A stretch of DNA of 63,242 nt, counting the filler, from Octopus bimaculoides (taxonomy: Eukaryota), in assembly GCF_001194135.2 (NCBI RefSeq). It is 7 parts of 7 records of this genome, joined end to end, with 100 filler letters (N's around TTAATTAATTAA, not from the genome) between each part and the next. Parts side by side here need not be neighbours in the genome. Positions count along the whole stretch, not along the records: positions 60,459 to 63,242 come from NC_068982.1; 6 more parts are not named here. One strand, 5' to 3'. The notes below the pieces were generated by a model. The model had not been told where the DNA came from and made no database searches. It saw only the letters and a program-made list of their open reading frames with translations. Below are positions 61,527 through 63,242 of this stretch, in pieces. Numbering within the stretch: the first letter of the stretch is position 1; each line of letters starts with the position of its first letter. Made by a program: the position numbers and the translations under genes.

Positions 61527-62542
61527 NNNNNNNNNNNNNNNNNNNNNNNNNNNNNNNNNNNNNNNNNNNNNNNNNNNNNNNNNNNNNNNNNNNNNNNNNN
61601 NNNNNNNNNNNNNNNNNNNNNNNNNNNNNNNNNNNNNNNNNNNNNNNNNNNNNNNNNNNNNNNNNNNNNNNNNNNNNNNNNNNNNNNNNNNNNNNNNNNN
61701 NNNNNNNNNNNNNNNNNNNNNNNNNNNNNNNNNNNNNNNNNNNNNNNNNNNNNNNNNNNNNNNNNNNNNNNNNNNNNNNNNNNNNNNNNNNNNNNNNNNN
61801 NNNNNNNNNNNNNNNNNNNNNNNNNNNNNNNNNNNNNNNNNNNNNNNNNNNNNNNNNNNNNNNNNNNNNNNNNNNNNNNNNNNNNNNNNNNNNNNNNNNN
61901 NNNNNNNNNNNNNNNNNNNNNNNNNNNNNNNNNNNNNNNNNNNNNNNNNNNNNNNNNNNNNNNNNNNNNNNNNNNNNNNNNNNNNNNNNNNNNNNNNNNN
62001 NNNNNNNNNNNNNNNNNNNNNNNNNNNNNNNNNNNNNNNNNNNNNNNNNNNNNNNNNNNNNNNNNNNNNNNNNNNNNNNNNNNNNNNNNNNNNNNNNNNN
62101 NNNNNNNNNNNNNNNNNNNNNNNNNNNNNNNNNNNNNNNNNNNNNNNNNNNNNNNNNNNNNNNNNNNNNNNNNNNNNNNNNNNNNNNNNNNNNNNNNNNN
62201 NNNNNNNNNNNNNNNNNNNNNNNNNNNNNNNNNNNNNNNNNNNNNNNNNNNNNNNNNNNNNNNNNNNNNNNNNNNNNNNNNNNNNNNNNNNNNNNNNNNN
62301 NNNNNNNNNNNNNNNNNNNNNNNNNNNNNNNNNNNNNNNNNNNNNNNNNNNNNNNNNNNNNNNNNNNNNNNNNNNNNNNNNNNNNNNNNNNNNNNNNNNN
62401 NNNNNNNNNNNNNNNNNNNNNNNNNNNNNNNNNNNNNNNNNNNNNNNNNNNNNNNNNNGTCGATGTAATCGAATTAATCCCTTCTTCCAGATCTAAGGCC
62501 TTGTGCATTCAGTAAAAAGGATTATTATTATCGTTATTATTA

Positions 62543-62748
62543 GGGCGGCGAGCTGGCACAATCGTTAGCACACTGGATGAAATTCTTAACTGTATTTTGC
62601 CCGTCACTACATCCTGAGTTCAAATTCCGCCAGGGTCACCTTTAATCCGTTTGGGGTCATAAATGAAGTACCAGTGAGACATTGGGGTTGATGTAATCGA
62701 CTAGTCCCTTCCCCTCAAATTTCAGGCTCCGTGCCTTTAGTAGAAAGC

Positions 62749-62755
<7 letters not shown>
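62543..62755 (+). mobile_element. SINE family C, preceded by the 3' stub of another copy (62459-62530)
   Basis: GGGCGGCGAGCTGGCACAATCGTTAGC...CCGTGCCTTTAGTAGAAAGCG then (TTA)n. Confidence 0.85.
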
Positions 62756-62799
<44 letters not shown>

Positions 62800-63085
62800 G
62801 AGTGAGACAGCAGTGCATGCCAACAAAGTGACACTGGGGTACAAATATACGAACCCCAGTATACCCATCACGACTACCCGTCGGATAAGGATACACCAGG
62901 CACATGTATCACAACCATATGTGCGCGATATGGTGATCTTATATCCAGATAAACAGCGCATGATCTTGCAGGTGGGTCCCAGTTAGAGTTTTCTCAGGTC
63001 GAGTAGCCCATCCCGATCAAAAGGTCCTTGAATAAGAATTGTTTAAGGATGTTGGACAAAATACCCATATATCCAAAGGTGAATT
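62800..63085 (-). mobile_element. Element D, 5'-truncated, TAA repeats on both sides
   Basis: GAGTGAGACAGCAGTGCATGCC...CCAAAGGTGAATT then (ATT)n to the window end. Confidence 0.85.
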
Positions 63086-63137
63086 ATTATTATAATTATA
63101 ATTATTATTATTATTATTATTATTATTGTTGTTGTTG

Positions 63138-63230
<93 letters not shown>

Positions 63231-63242
63231 ACAACAAGACCA

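Noticed and set aside
44865-62508. Long ORFs made of X runs or homopolymeric I/L/Y/CV tracts, here and elsewhere
   Set aside because: Artefacts of N-gaps and microsatellites.

Overview
Repeat-dense, AT-rich animal genomic DNA from a gapped draft scaffold. The repeat families resemble those I know from octopus genomes; this is an inference, not a database result. The window has many N-gaps, six of them 100-bp gaps with an artificial TTAATTAATTAA linker. Contents: (1) a 7.5-kb CpG-rich ACGA/ACGT satellite with an inverted central block; (2) many decayed R4/Dong-clade non-LTR retrotransposon pieces (RT plus restriction-like endonuclease) and a ~550-bp non-coding element ('D'), nearly all bordered by (TAA)n runs and stacked head-to-tail; (3) RTE-clade LINE fragments, one with a PHD-like finger inside the RT, and a Penelope GIY-YIG relic; (4) a full-length decayed Tc1, a mariner derivative with long inverted arms and a ~700-bp foldback; (5) three or four tRNA-derived SINE families; (6) the last three coding exons of a + strand host gene (27035-28322) and probably the last two exons of a - strand gene (52848-52422), neither of which I can name. 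Most ORFs in the supplied track are microsatellite or gap artefacts. Repeat boundaries were read by eye and are approximate to about 10 bp.
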